64,000 nt of DNA from an uncultured Burkholderiales bacterium (GTDB lineage: Bacteria; Vulcanimicrobiota; Xenobia; Xenobiales; JADMJV01): positions 78-64,077 of the forward strand of contig CAZYPN010000014.1 in NCBI GenBank assembly GCA_964649085.1, read 5' to 3'. Positions 50,866 through 62,413 of this stretch are shown one piece after another; the first letter of the stretch is position 1, and every line of letters begins with the position of its first letter. The notes below the pieces were generated by a model. The model was not told where the DNA came from and did no database searches. It saw only the letters and a list, made by a program, of their open reading frames with translations. The translations under genes were made by a program, and so were the position numbers.

Positions 50866-50891
50866 CACGGCCCCCGGGCCGTGTTTTTTTT
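50866..50891. terminator. Bidirectional intrinsic terminator between convergent genes
   Basis: CACGGCCC-CC-GGGCCGTG followed by T8 (50884-50891). Confidence 0.7.
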
Positions 50892-50928
50892 GTTCCTCTG
50901 GCCCGCCCCCAGCCTTACGGTTGTTCGT

Positions 50929-51558
50929 TCAGGGCAGGTTCTTCAGGGCGTCGTCCAGGGGTCGAAGGTAATCGCCCGGTGCTTTCAGCCCGTCGCGATA
51001 GAGATAGTAGCGGGCCCGTTCAACCAGCAATTCCGAATAGCGTGAGGGCACGGCCCCTTTTTGAGCTTCCTGAAGCGAGAGCTGCAGCAGGTTGCCCAGT
51101 CGCTTCAACTGGTCTCGGGCCCGCAGGTAGTTTGCCCGGGCATTCCCAGCCGGGGCGGCCGGTAGGTTGGCCAGTAAGACCCTTGTCATGGCCAGTGCCT
51201 CCTGGAGTTGCTCGGGTTGGGGCTGGTTGGTGCCGGGCGAAGAGGTGGCTCCGCTCGTAGGGGCACCCGCTCCGGCCTCGGCCATCCGCTGTTCCACGAT
51301 TCGCCAGTGCTGGATTGCGGCCTCAGGCAGTCCGCCCTGGGCGATGATGCCCTGGGTTTCCCGATAGACGCGCACGAAATGGTCCCAATTGCCGCGGCGC
51401 TGCTGTAGCTCTCCAGCCTGGTGCTGAAGTAGTTCCAAGCGGGCCGACAAAACCTGGCGCTCGGCAGGCAGGGATTGAAGAGCCGCGCGGGCCTGGGCCA
51501 GATGCTCGCGAATCGGCCCCAGCTGGGGGGGCTGGGCTCCCGCCGCCAGCGCCAACAT
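50929..51558 (-). CDS. Hypothetical helical protein, probably secreted
   Basis: 209-aa ORF. The in-frame upstream codons read L-K-T-G-L-L-W-L-M-L-A-L-A-A-G-A-Q, so a non-ATG start near 51583 would give a signal peptide. No family recognised. Confidence 0.5.
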   Translation of the reverse strand: MLALAAGAQPPQLGPIREHLAQARAALQSLPAERQVLSARLELLQHQAGELQQRRGNWDHFVRVYRETQGIIAQGGLPEAAIQHWRIVEQRMAEAGAGAPTSGATSSPGTNQPQPEQLQEALAMTRVLLANLPAAPAGNARANYLRARDQLKRLGNLLQLSLQEAQKGAVPSRYSELLVERARYYLYRDGLKAPGDYLRPLDDALKNLP

Positions 51559-51578
51559 CAGCCACAGAAGACCGGTTT

Positions 51579-52310
51579 TCAGAGCTCAATCCCCCTGGCT
51601 TTCAGCGTATCTCGCTGGAGTTGGAAGAGCGGCTGCAGACCGGCCCAGCCTACATCGAGCATTCGATTGAGTTGTTCACGCGAGAAGGTGGCTTCTTCCC
51701 CGGTTCCCTGCACTTCGACCAGTTGTCCGGAAGCGGTCATGACCAGGTTGAGATCGACCGCAGCCGCCGTGTCCTCGGGATAATCCAGATCGAGCAGCAC
51801 CTGGTCGCCAATCAGCCCAACCGAGACCGCGGCAACCTGGTCGCGCAGCGGAGAGGCGGTAATCTTGCCCGCCTTCTTGAGTCGATCGCAGGCGAGAGCC
51901 AGGGCAATGTAGGAACCGGTTATCGAACAGGTGCGCGTTCCGGCGTCGGCCTGCAGCACGTCGCAGTCGAGAATGATGCGCCGCGCACCCAGTGAGGGCA
52001 GATGAGCTACCGCTCGCAGGCTGCGCCCAATCAGTCTCTGGATTTCGTGCGTTCGTCCTGAGTTGCGCTGTTGGTCTCGCTTGCTGCGAACCTGAGTCGA
52101 ACGCGGCAGCATGGAATACTCGGCAGTGATCCAGCCCTTGTTCTGGTCTTGCATCCAGTGGGGGACGTTTTCTTCGATGGTGGCCGCGCACAACACTCGG
52201 GTGTTGCCGGTCTGCATCAGTACGCTACCCTCGGCATAGGGGGCAAAGTCGAGGGTGGCGGAATGGGGCCGCAGTTCATCGGCGGCCCGCCCTTGTCGCA
52301 AAAATCCCAT
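51579..52310 (-). CDS. rph: Ribonuclease PH
   Basis: ..ADELRP..FAPYAEGSVL...GNTRVLC..WITAEYSMLPRST..R......SGRT.EIQRLIGRSLRA..DCDVLQADAGTRT..ITG.. Confidence 0.95.
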   Translation of the reverse strand: MGFLRQGRAADELRPHSATLDFAPYAEGSVLMQTGNTRVLCAATIEENVPHWMQDQNKGWITAEYSMLPRSTQVRSKRDQQRNSGRTHEIQRLIGRSLRAVAHLPSLGARRIILDCDVLQADAGTRTCSITGSYIALALACDRLKKAGKITASPLRDQVAAVSVGLIGDQVLLDLDYPEDTAAAVDLNLVMTASGQLVEVQGTGEEATFSREQLNRMLDVGWAGLQPLFQLQRDTLKARGIEL

Positions 52311-52431
52311 GAAGATGGCTTTGGAGCGAGGGCAGAAAGTCCTCTGAAGGAATTTTCCGCTTTTGGGAACTTTTGAAAAGGGCCAGGGTTGCTCTCTTTG
52401 CTGAGCCCACCCACCATCAGGAGGTTGCCCA

Positions 52432-52737
52432 ATGTCGAAAATCCGCGCCGATGCACTCAGTATCCCTTCGAGCTTGAAAGTCTATCCGACCACCAGCTGG
52501 TTTCCCGGAGACGTTTCGGTTCCCGGTGAGTCGGACCATCTCCGTGCCAAAGGAAAAGTGTGCTCGATCTGTGGGGGGTGGCAGTCGGAAGAGAAAGTGA
52601 TGGTCTGGAAAAAGGGCCGGGGCGCTGTCGAGCGCACGGTGGCCCGTTGCCACGGCCCTCGCGACCGCTCGGTGCCGCGCTGTCAGCCTCAGATCGTTTC
52701 CGAGGTCCCGATCACCGACTACAATCCCCCGGCCTGA
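52432..52737 (+). CDS. Small Cys-containing hypothetical protein (101 aa)
   Basis: AGGAGG lies 8 nt upstream of the ATG. It contains CSIC ... C..P....C (zinc-ribbon-like spacing). Confidence 0.55.
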   Translation: MSKIRADALSIPSSLKVYPTTSWFPGDVSVPGESDHLRAKGKVCSICGGWQSEEKVMVWKKGRGAVERTVARCHGPRDRSVPRCQPQIVSEVPITDYNPPA

Positions 52738-52768
52738 CCACAGGCCCTCTGGGGGCGTTGCACTGGTC

Positions 52769-53461
52769 TCAGTCGCGGCGCCCCCAGATCGTGCCCGGAC
52801 TGGGTATCTGATAGAGCCACTGCAGCGCCGTGCGGTCGCGGTCGGTAAGCCTCACTTGATCGACTCGCAGTCTGCGAGCGCTGAGCTTGTAATACATCAA
52901 ATCTCCCGGCTGGTACGACTCGCCCAGGCCCAGCACGTGGCCAAGCTCGTGGGCCAGCGCCTGGACCTGGTTGCCGGCGGCAACTCGGGGGTTGTATTCA
53001 ACGGAAACGCCCTGGGTTCTCAGCCCCTTGCGCGCGCTGCTCCACCAGGTGGCCGCAGCTTTGTCTCTGGGTAGTCGAGGGTCACCCCACTGCACCACCA
53101 GGTCGGCCTCTTCTTGTCGAAACACCAGGATAAAGAAAGGCCCCCAGCCGAGCTGGGCGGCCCATCGATTCCACACCTGCAGGGCTGCGCCCACCAGGTG
53201 TTGCTGGGCCGGCGCCGTGTAGATGCCCCAGGGAAGCCGATTTCCCGCAATTCGACAGGGCCGCCCAAGACTCTTCATGAATTCATATTGTTGCAGAGGG
53301 GGGTCGCCGTTGGGTAGCACCTGCGGCGCCGGCACCACTCCCATCGGTTCATCATCGGCGTGCGGTTGTGCGGTCAGGGGCACTTTCAGGGAGTGGGGGG
53401 GCCTGGGACGGGCTGCTCCGAACTGAGAAAGCAACAGTAGCGAAAGCAGGAAGTAGCGCAC
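52769..53461 (-). CDS. Secreted matrixin-like zinc metalloprotease
   Basis: The signal peptide is MRYFLLSLLLLSQFGAA. The zinc motif is ALAHELGHVLGLGES (HExxHxxGxx-, with the third ligand position atypical). Confidence 0.65.
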   Translation of the reverse strand: MRYFLLSLLLLSQFGAARPRPPHSLKVPLTAQPHADDEPMGVVPAPQVLPNGDPPLQQYEFMKSLGRPCRIAGNRLPWGIYTAPAQQHLVGAALQVWNRWAAQLGWGPFFILVFRQEEADLVVQWGDPRLPRDKAAATWWSSARKGLRTQGVSVEYNPRVAAGNQVQALAHELGHVLGLGESYQPGDLMYYKLSARRLRVDQVRLTDRDRTALQWLYQIPSPGTIWGRRD

Positions 53462-53499
53462 AGGGATGAGTTTGCGCCAGGCGCTGCGAAGTCCTGGGC

Positions 53500-54825
53500 A
53501 TGCGATGGAAGTCCCTTCTATGTGCCGCCTGGCTGACCGCGCCCTTGTTGGCGATACCGCCTTCTCCGCTGTTGCAACAAGTCGAAGAGGTGGTGGCCAG
53601 CGTCAGCGAGCAGTTGAAACCCGCCGTGGTCCACCTTGAAGTCTGGTCCAAGCGCGGCGGCCTGCGCAGCAAGAGTTTGGGGTCAGGTTTATTGGTCGCT
53701 GCCGATGGAACGATTGTGACCAACCACCACGTTGTGGATAAGGCAGAGCAGATTCAGGTGATTTTGGATGACAAAAGTCGTCACGATGCGCGAATTCTGC
53801 GCGACGATCGTCAGACCGATCTGGCGGTCTTGCGAATCTCGGCGGGCCGCGATCTGGCCTACGCTCGGCTGGGCGACTCGGACAAGGTTCGGGTGGGTCA
53901 GTGGGTCCTGGCCATCGGCAATCCCTATGGTCTGGACCGGACGGTTTCCTTCGGGATTATCAGCGGCAAGGGTCGCTACATTCCAGGCATCGAGTCGGGG
54001 CTTTCTCCACTGAACGACTTCCTGCAGACCGACGCTTTGATCGATCCCGGCAGTTCGGGTGGGCCGCTCGTCGACCTGCAAGGAAGAGTCTTGGGCATCA
54101 ACTCCGCCGGTATCGGCCGGGGCATCGGCTTCACGATTCCGGCCAAGGTGGTTCAGGAGGTGCTGTCGGGCCGCCAGACCGAGGGTCGTTTAGAACGAGG
54201 TTGGCTGGGATTGTACCCTCAGCCGCTCACCCGCGAACTGGCCAGGCACTTGAAGATTCCCGAGTCACGCGGCATTGTGCTCAGCGACCTGGCCCCCGGA
54301 TCACCGGCTGAGTCAGCAGGAATACAGCCCGGGGATATTCTGCTGGAGTTTCAAGGCCAGCCGGTCGGTGCCGAGCAGGAGGAGGATGTCCTCAGTTTCG
54401 CCCAGTCGGTTTCTCGTCTGGCCCCGGGGCAGAAGGTTCAGCTTACGGTGCTGCGCCAGGGCAAGGTGATGCCGCTCAGCTGCGAGGTGGGACTGCAGCC
54501 CGGTGTCGATGGAGGAGAAGTGCATCTCAGCTGGGGCCTCAGGGTCAGTCAGGTGACCCCTTTTCGACGCCAACAGTATCGGCTGTCCGAGGGCGAAGGT
54601 CTGGTGGTGGTCGAGGTCGAGAGCGGCAGTCCCGCGGAAGAAGCGGGCATCGAAGAGGGCGACGTGTTGCTGGATTGGGAGCAGCAGCCTGTGCGTGAAC
54701 TGCAGCAGCTGCGACGTCTGGACCGCACACAGCCGGGCAACGAGGCTCTTCTATTGCGGTTGCGCAAGGGCCAGTACCGCTACTATGCGCTGATGCAGCC
54801 TCGCGGTGGCCAGCGTCAGAGGTGA
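53500..54825 (+). CDS. HtrA/DegP-family serine protease with two PDZ domains
   Basis: GSGLLVAADGTIVTNHHVV (His), DLAVLRI (Asp), TDALIDPGSSGGPLVD (Ser), then two PDZ-like blocks (GSPAESAGIQPGDILLEF; GSPAEEAGIEEGDVLLDW). Confidence 0.9.
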   Translation: MRWKSLLCAAWLTAPLLAIPPSPLLQQVEEVVASVSEQLKPAVVHLEVWSKRGGLRSKSLGSGLLVAADGTIVTNHHVVDKAEQIQVILDDKSRHDARILRDDRQTDLAVLRISAGRDLAYARLGDSDKVRVGQWVLAIGNPYGLDRTVSFGIISGKGRYIPGIESGLSPLNDFLQTDALIDPGSSGGPLVDLQGRVLGINSAGIGRGIGFTIPAKVVQEVLSGRQTEGRLERGWLGLYPQPLTRELARHLKIPESRGIVLSDLAPGSPAESAGIQPGDILLEFQGQPVGAEQEEDVLSFAQSVSRLAPGQKVQLTVLRQGKVMPLSCEVGLQPGVDGGEVHLSWGLRVSQVTPFRRQQYRLSEGEGLVVVEVESGSPAEEAGIEEGDVLLDWEQQPVRELQQLRRLDRTQPGNEALLLRLRKGQYRYYALMQPRGGQRQR

Positions 54826-55073
54826 ACCAGTTCGGTCTCGAGCATCAGATCCATCAGTTCAGACCCCGATTTCAAGGAAACCTCGCCTTCGAACTGGGGT
54901 ACCAGTCCGGTTTCCTTGACTTCCTCCTGCAGTGCGATCACCGTGCTGGAGGCGGGCAGGGCGGAAAAATCCGAAAGCAGGGCCTGGCCCAGCGCTACCA
55001 GTTGGGGCTTTTCCTCTCGTTGTAGCCAGGAGCGGTCCTGGGGGCGAAGTCGGCGGCACAGGATAAACAGCAT
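54816..55073 (-). CDS. DsrH/TusB-like sulfur-relay subunit
   Basis: An 85-aa protein immediately downstream of the DsrE/DsrF-like genes. The call rests on size and position, and the sequence match is loose. Confidence 0.5.
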   Translation of the reverse strand: MLFILCRRLRPQDRSWLQREEKPQLVALGQALLSDFSALPASSTVIALQEEVKETGLVPQFEGEVSLKSGSELMDLMLETELVHL

Positions 55074-55082
55074 CGGGGGCTC

Positions 55083-55424
55083 CTAAAAGGCAATGTTTAG
55101 CGACTCGCGGCGCAGATTCCAGAACTCATCGCCGGGCTTGACGACCGCTACCGAGTGAAGTTGTTCAACTGACAGGTCCTGGCTTTCGAGGCTGGCCTGG
55201 TCGACCCAAACCTCTACACCGTGGGCGGCGGCCGACGTGAGGTAGCGATCGAGCCAGGCTGGATTGCGCTCCTTCAGGGCGTGCAAGATGCCCTCATCGC
55301 AGAGCATAATGCGGACTTCGTGTCGGCGGTAGGCGCTGGCCAACCCGATGGCCACGCGCAGCGGAGCCACCAGGCTTGGGGCGCTGGGGGCAAAGTTCGA
55401 GAGCGTAATGGCCACGGGTTTCAT
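55083..55424 (-). CDS. DsrF/TusC-like sulfur-relay subunit
   Basis: The start is at MKPVAITLSNFAP.. (ATG at 55424, overlapping the upstream stop as ATGA). ..IMLCDEGILHAL.. is a DsrE-fold pattern. The upstream part of the track ORF is rejected. Confidence 0.6.
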   Translation of the reverse strand: MKPVAITLSNFAPSAPSLVAPLRVAIGLASAYRRHEVRIMLCDEGILHALKERNPAWLDRYLTSAAAHGVEVWVDQASLESQDLSVEQLHSVAVVKPGDEFWNLRRESLNIAF

Positions 55425-55780
55425 GACAGGCAGATCACCTGTTCTGTGGACTCCAGCAACTGGGCCAGTTCGGCGGGATTGCCCATGGTGACTCCCTCGA
55501 GCAACAGGTCCTTGGCCTGCAGGCCACGGCTTCGGGCGCACAATTCGTTGACCACAACCCGCACCCCGCGAACCAGCAGGGCCTGCCACCAACTCGAGGG
55601 TGAACCCTCTTCGGAGTCGGGAAGGTGCTGATTGCGCAACAGTTGATAGACGCCTTCCTGATGGCAGTAGGCCCACACCTCGTGGTCCCGGCTCAGCGCC
55701 CCCAGGGCCAGATGGTAAAGGGTTCGAGCGCCCGGGGAGTCGAGGGGGGGCTTGGAGACGATGAATCCAATTTTGGCCAT
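55421..55780 (-). CDS. DsrE/TusD-like sulfur-relay subunit
   Basis: MAKIGFIVSKPPLDSPGARTLYHLA..VWAYCHQEGVYQLL..VVVNELCARSRGL (conserved Cys-x5-RG). Confidence 0.65.
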   Translation of the reverse strand: MAKIGFIVSKPPLDSPGARTLYHLALGALSRDHEVWAYCHQEGVYQLLRNQHLPDSEEGSPSSWWQALLVRGVRVVVNELCARSRGLQAKDLLLEGVTMGNPAELAQLLESTEQVICLS

Positions 55781-55789
55781 GGGCGACCT

Positions 55790-57124
55790 CTATACCCGGG
55801 CCGCCGGAGCATAGTGGCTCTGGACGTAGTCTTCAACCATTTCCAGGAAGCGGTCGGCGATCGATTGACTGTCGCCGCGCAGGGTGGCCACTTTCTCACC
55901 ATCTGCATAGACCGGAGCCGCCGGGTTTTCGCCAGTACCGGGCAGCGACAGGCCGATATTGGCCCCCTTGGCTTCCCCGGGTCCGTTCACCACACAGCCC
56001 ATGACCGCAACCTTCATGGATGCAACACCCTCATAGCCCTGTTCTTTCCAGAACGACATCCGGTCTTTCAGGCGTTGTTCCACGAGAATCGCCAGTTCCT
56101 GAAAGAGCGTGCTGGTGGTTCGACCGCAGCCCGGGCAGGCGGTGACCCGCGGAGTAAAGCTGCGCAGACCGAGGTTCTGCAGAATTTCGCGGCAAATCTC
56201 GACCTCCTGAGTTCGCGGCGAACCCGGCATCGGAGTAAGAGAAACGCGGATGGTGTCGCCAATGCCCTCGGAAAGCAGAATGCCCAGGGCAAGCGACGAG
56301 GAGACGGTGCCCTTCAGGGCCATGCCGGCCTCGGTCAGGCCGACGTGCAGAGCATAGCGGCAGCGCTTGGAGAGCTCGCGATAGACGTGGACCACCTCAG
56401 CCACCTCGCTGACCTTGGTGGAAAGAATGATGCGGTCGGCAGGCAGGCCGTAGTCCTCGGCCATTTTCGCCGAGCGAAGCGCGCTCTCGACCATGGCGTC
56501 CAGGAAGACCATCTTGGCTCCGCGCGGGCTGCCTGCGGCCAGATCGGCGTCGATCAGCTCTTTGAGCAAGGCCTGGTCGAGGGATCCCCCGTTGACCCCG
56601 ATACGAACCGGTCGCTTGAACTCGACGGCGGCTTCAATCATGGTGCGGAAATTGCTGTCGTGAGCCTGTCCCACTCCGACATTGCCAGGGTTGATCCGAT
56701 ACTTGGCCAGAGCTCGGGCCATGTCGGGATGTTTGACCAGCAATTTGTGCCCGTTGTAGTGAAAGTCGCCGATCAGGGGCACGTGGCCCCAGCCGCGACG
56801 TTCCAGTTGGCGAGCAATTTCGGGAACGGCCAGGGCGTTCTCGTCATCCTTGACGGTGAATCGAACCAGTTCGGAGCCTGCCTCTGCCAGATCGATGACC
56901 TGCTGCACGGTCTGTTCGACATCGGCCGTATCGGTGTTGGTCATCGACTGGACGCGCACGGGGTTGGCGCCGCCCATGGCCACCGAACCCACCTTGACTT
57001 CCAGCGTTTTTCGCAGACGTTCCAAAGCCCGCTTCCTCCTCGTTGGTTCTTCCCGATTCCGGGCCGAGGTTTGCTCCTGGATGGCTGCAGTCCTGCAGGT
57101 TTCAGGCTGGCTTGGGGCAGGCAT
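55790..57124 (-). CDS. ispG: 4-hydroxy-3-methylbut-2-en-1-yl diphosphate synthase
   Basis: ..[24 protein letters not shown].., [46 protein letters not shown]. The start is at the ATG at 57124. The remaining 426 codons of the 870-aa track ORF lie antisense to hppD and are rejected. Confidence 0.9.
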   Translation of the reverse strand: MPAPSQPETCRTAAIQEQTSARNREEPTRRKRALERLRKTLEVKVGSVAMGGANPVRVQSMTNTDTADVEQTVQQVIDLAEAGSELVRFTVKDDENALAVPEIARQLERRGWGHVPLIGDFHYNGHKLLVKHPDMARALAKYRINPGNVGVGQAHDSNFRTMIEAAVEFKRPVRIGVNGGSLDQALLKELIDADLAAGSPRGAKMVFLDAMVESALRSAKMAEDYGLPADRIILSTKVSEVAEVVHVYRELSKRCRYALHVGLTEAGMALKGTVSSSLALGILLSEGIGDTIRVSLTPMPGSPRTQEVEICREILQNLGLRSFTPRVTACPGCGRTTSTLFQELAILVEQRLKDRMSFWKEQGYEGVASMKVAVMGCVVNGPGEAKGANIGLSLPGTGENPAAPVYADGEKVATLRGDSQSIADRFLEMVEDYVQSHYAPAARV

Positions 57125-57151
57125 GATAGGTCCAGAGCATAAGGAGGATGA

Positions 57152-58270
<1,119 letters not shown>

Positions 58271-58374
58271 GAACGGCTCGCCATTCGAGAAATTGTCGGT
58301 GCCCCCATGCAGGAGGTCCAGAGGGGGAACCGAACGCGGCACCCCAACTGAGGCCCGGTGCAAGGAGCGTAGCC

Positions 58375-59352
58375 ATGTTGAAGCTAGGTGAGGCACAACC
58401 AACTCTGGTAGGGGAGAACATCGTGCTGTTCTCCGGTACCTCCAACCCGAGGCTGGCTCAGGCCATTGCCGACTACCTTGAAGTTCCGCTGGGTTCGGCT
58501 CTGGTGGGCACCTTTACCAACGGCGAGACCCGCGTCCAGATCGAGGAGAACGTGCGAGGGGCCGAGGTCTTCGTCGTTCAGCCCACCTGTGGCAACGTCA
58601 ACGAGACTCTCATGGAGTTGTTGATTATGATCGACGCACTCCACCGGTCCTCGGCCAAGACGATCACGGCTATCATTCCCTACTACGGCTACGCGCGTCA
58701 GGAGAAAAAGACGGCCGGACGCGAGCCCATTACGGCCAAGCTGGTCGCCAATCTCATCACGGTGGCCGGGGCCGACCGGGTGGTGACCATCGACCTGCAC
58801 GCCGCGGCCATTCAGGGTTTCTTCGATATTCCCGTGGACAACATGATGGCTCTCCCCATCCTGGTAGAGTATTTCCTTCGCAAGGGTTTCGACTCGAGCC
58901 AGCTGGTGGTGGCCTCGCCCGATGCGGGCGGGGTGAATCGGGCCCGCTTGTTCGCCGAGCGCCTGAATGCCGGGCTGGCCATTATCTTCAAGCGCCGGCC
59001 CGAACCCGACAAGGCGGAAGTGATCGACGTGGTCGGCGACGTCCGCGGCAAGACGGTCATCGTGGTCGACGACATCATCTCCACCGGACGCACCCTGATC
59101 CGAGGGGTGGAAACCATGCTGGCTCGAGGCGCGACCCGCTGTTTCGCGGCCGCCACTCACGCCATCATGGCCGCAGAGGCGATCGAAATGATCAATCAAT
59201 CGCCGCTGGAAGAGGTGGTCGTCACCGATACGATTCCCCTTCCCACCGTGGCTCATCGCGGCAAGATCACGACCCTGTCGGTGGCGCCCCTGCTCGGCGA
59301 AGCCATTCGGCGCAACTACTTCCATCTTTCGGTCAGCAAACTTTTCGCCTGA
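58375..59352 (+). CDS. prs: Ribose-phosphate pyrophosphokinase
   Basis: ..[66 protein letters not shown]. Confidence 0.95.
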   Translation: MLKLGEAQPTLVGENIVLFSGTSNPRLAQAIADYLEVPLGSALVGTFTNGETRVQIEENVRGAEVFVVQPTCGNVNETLMELLIMIDALHRSSAKTITAIIPYYGYARQEKKTAGREPITAKLVANLITVAGADRVVTIDLHAAAIQGFFDIPVDNMMALPILVEYFLRKGFDSSQLVVASPDAGGVNRARLFAERLNAGLAIIFKRRPEPDKAEVIDVVGDVRGKTVIVVDDIISTGRTLIRGVETMLARGATRCFAAATHAIMAAEAIEMINQSPLEEVVVTDTIPLPTVAHRGKITTLSVAPLLGEAIRRNYFHLSVSKLFA

Positions 59353-59361
59353 GGAGGGCTT

Positions 59362-60924
59362 ATGTCGACTTGGGAGGATTTTTCTCGCTATTACCTGGAG
59401 TCGGAGAAGTTGGGAATTTCCCTGGATTTCTCACGAGTGGGCTTCACTCCCGAGTACCTCGATTCCATGCGGCAGTCCTGCGAGCAGGCGCTGGACGCAA
59501 TGAGTGCTCTCGAGGGCGGGGCGGTGGCCAACCCCGATGAGGGGCGCATGGTGGGACACTACTGGTTGCGCTGCCCGGAAAAGGCGCCCCAGCCACAGCT
59601 AACCCAGGACATCGAGCAGACGCTGGGGCGAATTTTGGAGTTTGCGGCCGGGGTTCACGGTGGCCGGATTCGGCCTCCTCAGCGGGCGGCATTTCGGCGC
59701 GTGCTGTCGATCGGTATCGGCGGCTCAGCACTGGGTCCTCAGTTTGTCAGCGAGGCCCTGGGCCAGACCCACGATCCCATGCAACTGGTGTTTTTCGACA
59801 ACACCGATCCCGACGGTTTCGATCGAGTGTTGGCGGGCCTGGGCGAAAATCTGGCCGAGACGCTGGTGGTGGTGATTTCAAAATCGGGCAGCACGCCCGA
59901 AACGCTCAACGGGATGCTGGAAGCGGCTGCAGCCTATCGGGCGCAGGGGCTGCAGTTCTCGCAGCACGCCGTGGCCATCACTGGCGATGGCAGCGTGCTC
60001 GACCGCCAGGCCCGGCAAGAGCAGTGGTTGGCCCGCTTCCCGATGTGGGACTGGGTGGGTGGGCGAACCTCCGTCATGTCGGCCGTCGGTCTACTGCCCA
60101 TGGCTCTTCAGGGGCTGGATATCCGGGCCTTCCTGGAGGGAGCCTCGGCCATGGACCAGTGGACTCGGGCCCGCGACTGGTCGGGAAACCCGGCGCTGGC
60201 CCTGGCCCTGGCATGGCATCGTTCGGGGGGGGGCAAGGGAGCCAAGGACATGGTGATCCTGCCCTACAAAGACCGCCTGGCGCTCTTCAGTCGCTACCTC
60301 CAGCAACTGGTGATGGAGTCTTTGGGCAAAGAACTGGACTTACAGGGGCGACCGGTCCATCAGGGCCTGGCGGTGTACGGCAACAAAGGGAGCACCGACC
60401 AGCACGCCTATGTTCAACAGCTGCGTGACGGTCTCAACAATTTCTTCGCCACCTTCATCGTCGTGTTGAAGGACCGCCAGGGCGATTCACTCGAGATCGA
60501 GCCGGGCGTTTGTTCGGGCGACTTCCTCAACGGATTCTGGCAGGGCACCCGAGAGGCCCTCACAGAAAATGGACGACTCAATCTGTGTATCACCATTCCA
60601 GAGGTGAATGCCTTCCAGGTGGGGGCGCTCATCGCGCTCTATGAGCGCGCAGTGGGGCTCTATGCTCAACTGGTCGGCATCAATGCCTATCATCAGCCCG
60701 GAGTCGAAGCCGGAAAGAAAGCGGCACGCGCTGTCCTTGACCTTCAGCTGAAGCTGGTAGAGCGCCTGACTCGCGAGCCCGGGCGCTGGTGGTCGGCCAG
60801 CGAGCTTGCCCCCGAGGTTGGAGCCACGCCTGAGGCGGTGTTCTTGAACCTTCGCCATCTGGCCGCCACCCGACCGGGTGTGCAGCAGCGTGGACCGGGC
60901 ACCGCGCGGGAGTTTTGCTGTTGA
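59362..60924 (+). CDS. pgi: Glucose-6-phosphate isomerase
   Basis: [71 protein letters not shown]. Confidence 0.9.
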   Translation: MSTWEDFSRYYLESEKLGISLDFSRVGFTPEYLDSMRQSCEQALDAMSALEGGAVANPDEGRMVGHYWLRCPEKAPQPQLTQDIEQTLGRILEFAAGVHGGRIRPPQRAAFRRVLSIGIGGSALGPQFVSEALGQTHDPMQLVFFDNTDPDGFDRVLAGLGENLAETLVVVISKSGSTPETLNGMLEAAAAYRAQGLQFSQHAVAITGDGSVLDRQARQEQWLARFPMWDWVGGRTSVMSAVGLLPMALQGLDIRAFLEGASAMDQWTRARDWSGNPALALALAWHRSGGGKGAKDMVILPYKDRLALFSRYLQQLVMESLGKELDLQGRPVHQGLAVYGNKGSTDQHAYVQQLRDGLNNFFATFIVVLKDRQGDSLEIEPGVCSGDFLNGFWQGTREALTENGRLNLCITIPEVNAFQVGALIALYERAVGLYAQLVGINAYHQPGVEAGKKAARAVLDLQLKLVERLTREPGRWWSASELAPEVGATPEAVFLNLRHLAATRPGVQQRGPGTAREFCC

Positions 60925-61409
60925 GTTTGGAGTTTGCCATTGTCTCCGACACCCACTGGAAACAGCGAGTGCCTGACCTGGACCGGCTGTGCCACCGACT
61001 TCAGGGTGCTGAACTGATCGTGCACGCTGGTGATGTGGTCAGTCCCGAGGTTTTGCAGGCGCTCGAGGAAGTGGCTCCCGTGATCGCGGTGGCGGGCAAC
61101 TGTTGTCAGGCTGCTCTGCGCCAACGGTTGCCTCTGCAACGCGAAGAGGACTTGCGGGGCCTGAAGCTGGGTCTGTTTCACGGACATTTGGTGAACCTGG
61201 GGCAGCCCTATGCCATTCTCGATGCTTTTTCCGATTCGGTTCGCCTGATTGTTCACGGTCATACCCATCTGGCCCGACATGAGGAGTGCGAGGGCCGAGC
61301 GATCTTCAATCCGGGCAGCGTCTCCGAGCCTCGCTACGGCACCCCCGCCAGCTATGGTTGGGCGCGGTGGCAAGACGGCCAGCTGCATCTTGAGCACCGT
61401 CGATTCTAG
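60915..61409 (+). CDS. YfcE/MJ0936-type metallophosphoesterase
   Basis: [30 protein letters not shown]. The real start is probably the TTG at 60927 ([10 protein letters not shown]), just after the pgi stop. Confidence 0.8.
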   Translation: MLLSLEFAIVSDTHWKQRVPDLDRLCHRLQGAELIVHAGDVVSPEVLQALEEVAPVIAVAGNCCQAALRQRLPLQREEDLRGLKLGLFHGHLVNLGQPYAILDAFSDSVRLIVHGHTHLARHEECEGRAIFNPGSVSEPRYGTPASYGWARWQDGQLHLEHRRF

Positions 61410-61422
61410 TTAGGAGAATTCC

Positions 61423-62241
61423 ATGCAGCCTCTCTTGATTACCTGTGCGATGGTGGGGGCCGAGGTTACCCGTGAGCAAACCCCTCACCTGCCCATCAGT
61501 CCCGACGAGATCGCGGCCGAAGCCGAGCGTTGTTGGAAGGCCGGAGCGGCCGTAGTACACATTCACGTGCGCGACGGCCAGGGCCGTCCCAGTCAGGATC
61601 CGCAGCTGTTCGCCGAGGTAGAGGACAAAATTCGTCAGCGCTGCGACCTGATCGTTCAATACACAACGGGCGGAGCGGTGGGCACTCCCCTGGCCCAGCG
61701 CATGGCCCCCTTGTTGAATCGACCCGAAATGGCTACGCTGACCACGGGCACGGTAAACTTCGGCGACGAGATCTTCGAAAATCCCTGGTCAACCATTCGT
61801 GGACTGGCTGAGAAAATGCTCGAGCTGGGGGTCAAGCCCGAGCTGGAGATCTTCGACTTCGGAATGATCGACAACGCACTTCGTTTGATCGGCGAGGGCC
61901 TGTTGCAACCTCCCTACCACTTTGATTTTGTGCTGGGCGTGCCCGGCGCGCTGTCTGCCCGCCCCGAGCACCTGGTGCAACTGGTTCAGCGGCTACCATC
62001 GCCGTCGAGCTGGCAGGTGGCTGCAGTGGGGCGCCACCAGTTGCCCCTGACCACCATGGCCATGGCCATGGGAGGGCACGTGCGCGTGGGCCTGGAGGAC
62101 AACCTCTACTACAGCAAGGGGGTTCTGGCCGAGAATCACCAGCTGGTGGCCCGGGCTGCCCGCCTGGCCCAGGAATTGCAGCGTCCGCTGATGACTCCTC
62201 AGGAAGTGCGCCAGGCGATGGGCTTTGCGCCTAGAGGCTAG
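61423..62241 (+). CDS. 3-keto-5-aminohexanoate cleavage enzyme family (BKACE/DUF849)
   Basis: ..LITCAMVGAEVTREQTPHLPISPDEIA..AGAAVVHIHVRD..GRPS.., ELEIFD.GM, GGHVRVGLEDNLY. Confidence 0.8.
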   Translation: MQPLLITCAMVGAEVTREQTPHLPISPDEIAAEAERCWKAGAAVVHIHVRDGQGRPSQDPQLFAEVEDKIRQRCDLIVQYTTGGAVGTPLAQRMAPLLNRPEMATLTTGTVNFGDEIFENPWSTIRGLAEKMLELGVKPELEIFDFGMIDNALRLIGEGLLQPPYHFDFVLGVPGALSARPEHLVQLVQRLPSPSSWQVAAVGRHQLPLTTMAMAMGGHVRVGLEDNLYYSKGVLAENHQLVARAARLAQELQRPLMTPQEVRQAMGFAPRG

Positions 62242-62413
62242 GAGCGCGGCCGAAAACCTCTTGTTCCGTCGCGGCAGAGTAAGTCCCAATGCTCCTCGAC
62301 CGATGCGGCTGTCTCGCCAGAATGCGATGCCAGGCCGGCTTTGCGCGAAATGGCCAGCGCAGCCCCGGCGCATACCATAGGAAGTGGTGCGCGGTAGTGA
62401 GAAGGCCTTGACC

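Noticed and set aside
60225-60233. G9 homopolymer inside pgi, and a similar G9 at about 49907-49915 inside the histidine kinase, as phase-variation switches
   Set aside because: Both lie within intact reading frames of housekeeping-type genes and encode Gly runs. They are more likely sequencing-error-prone tracts than contingency loci.
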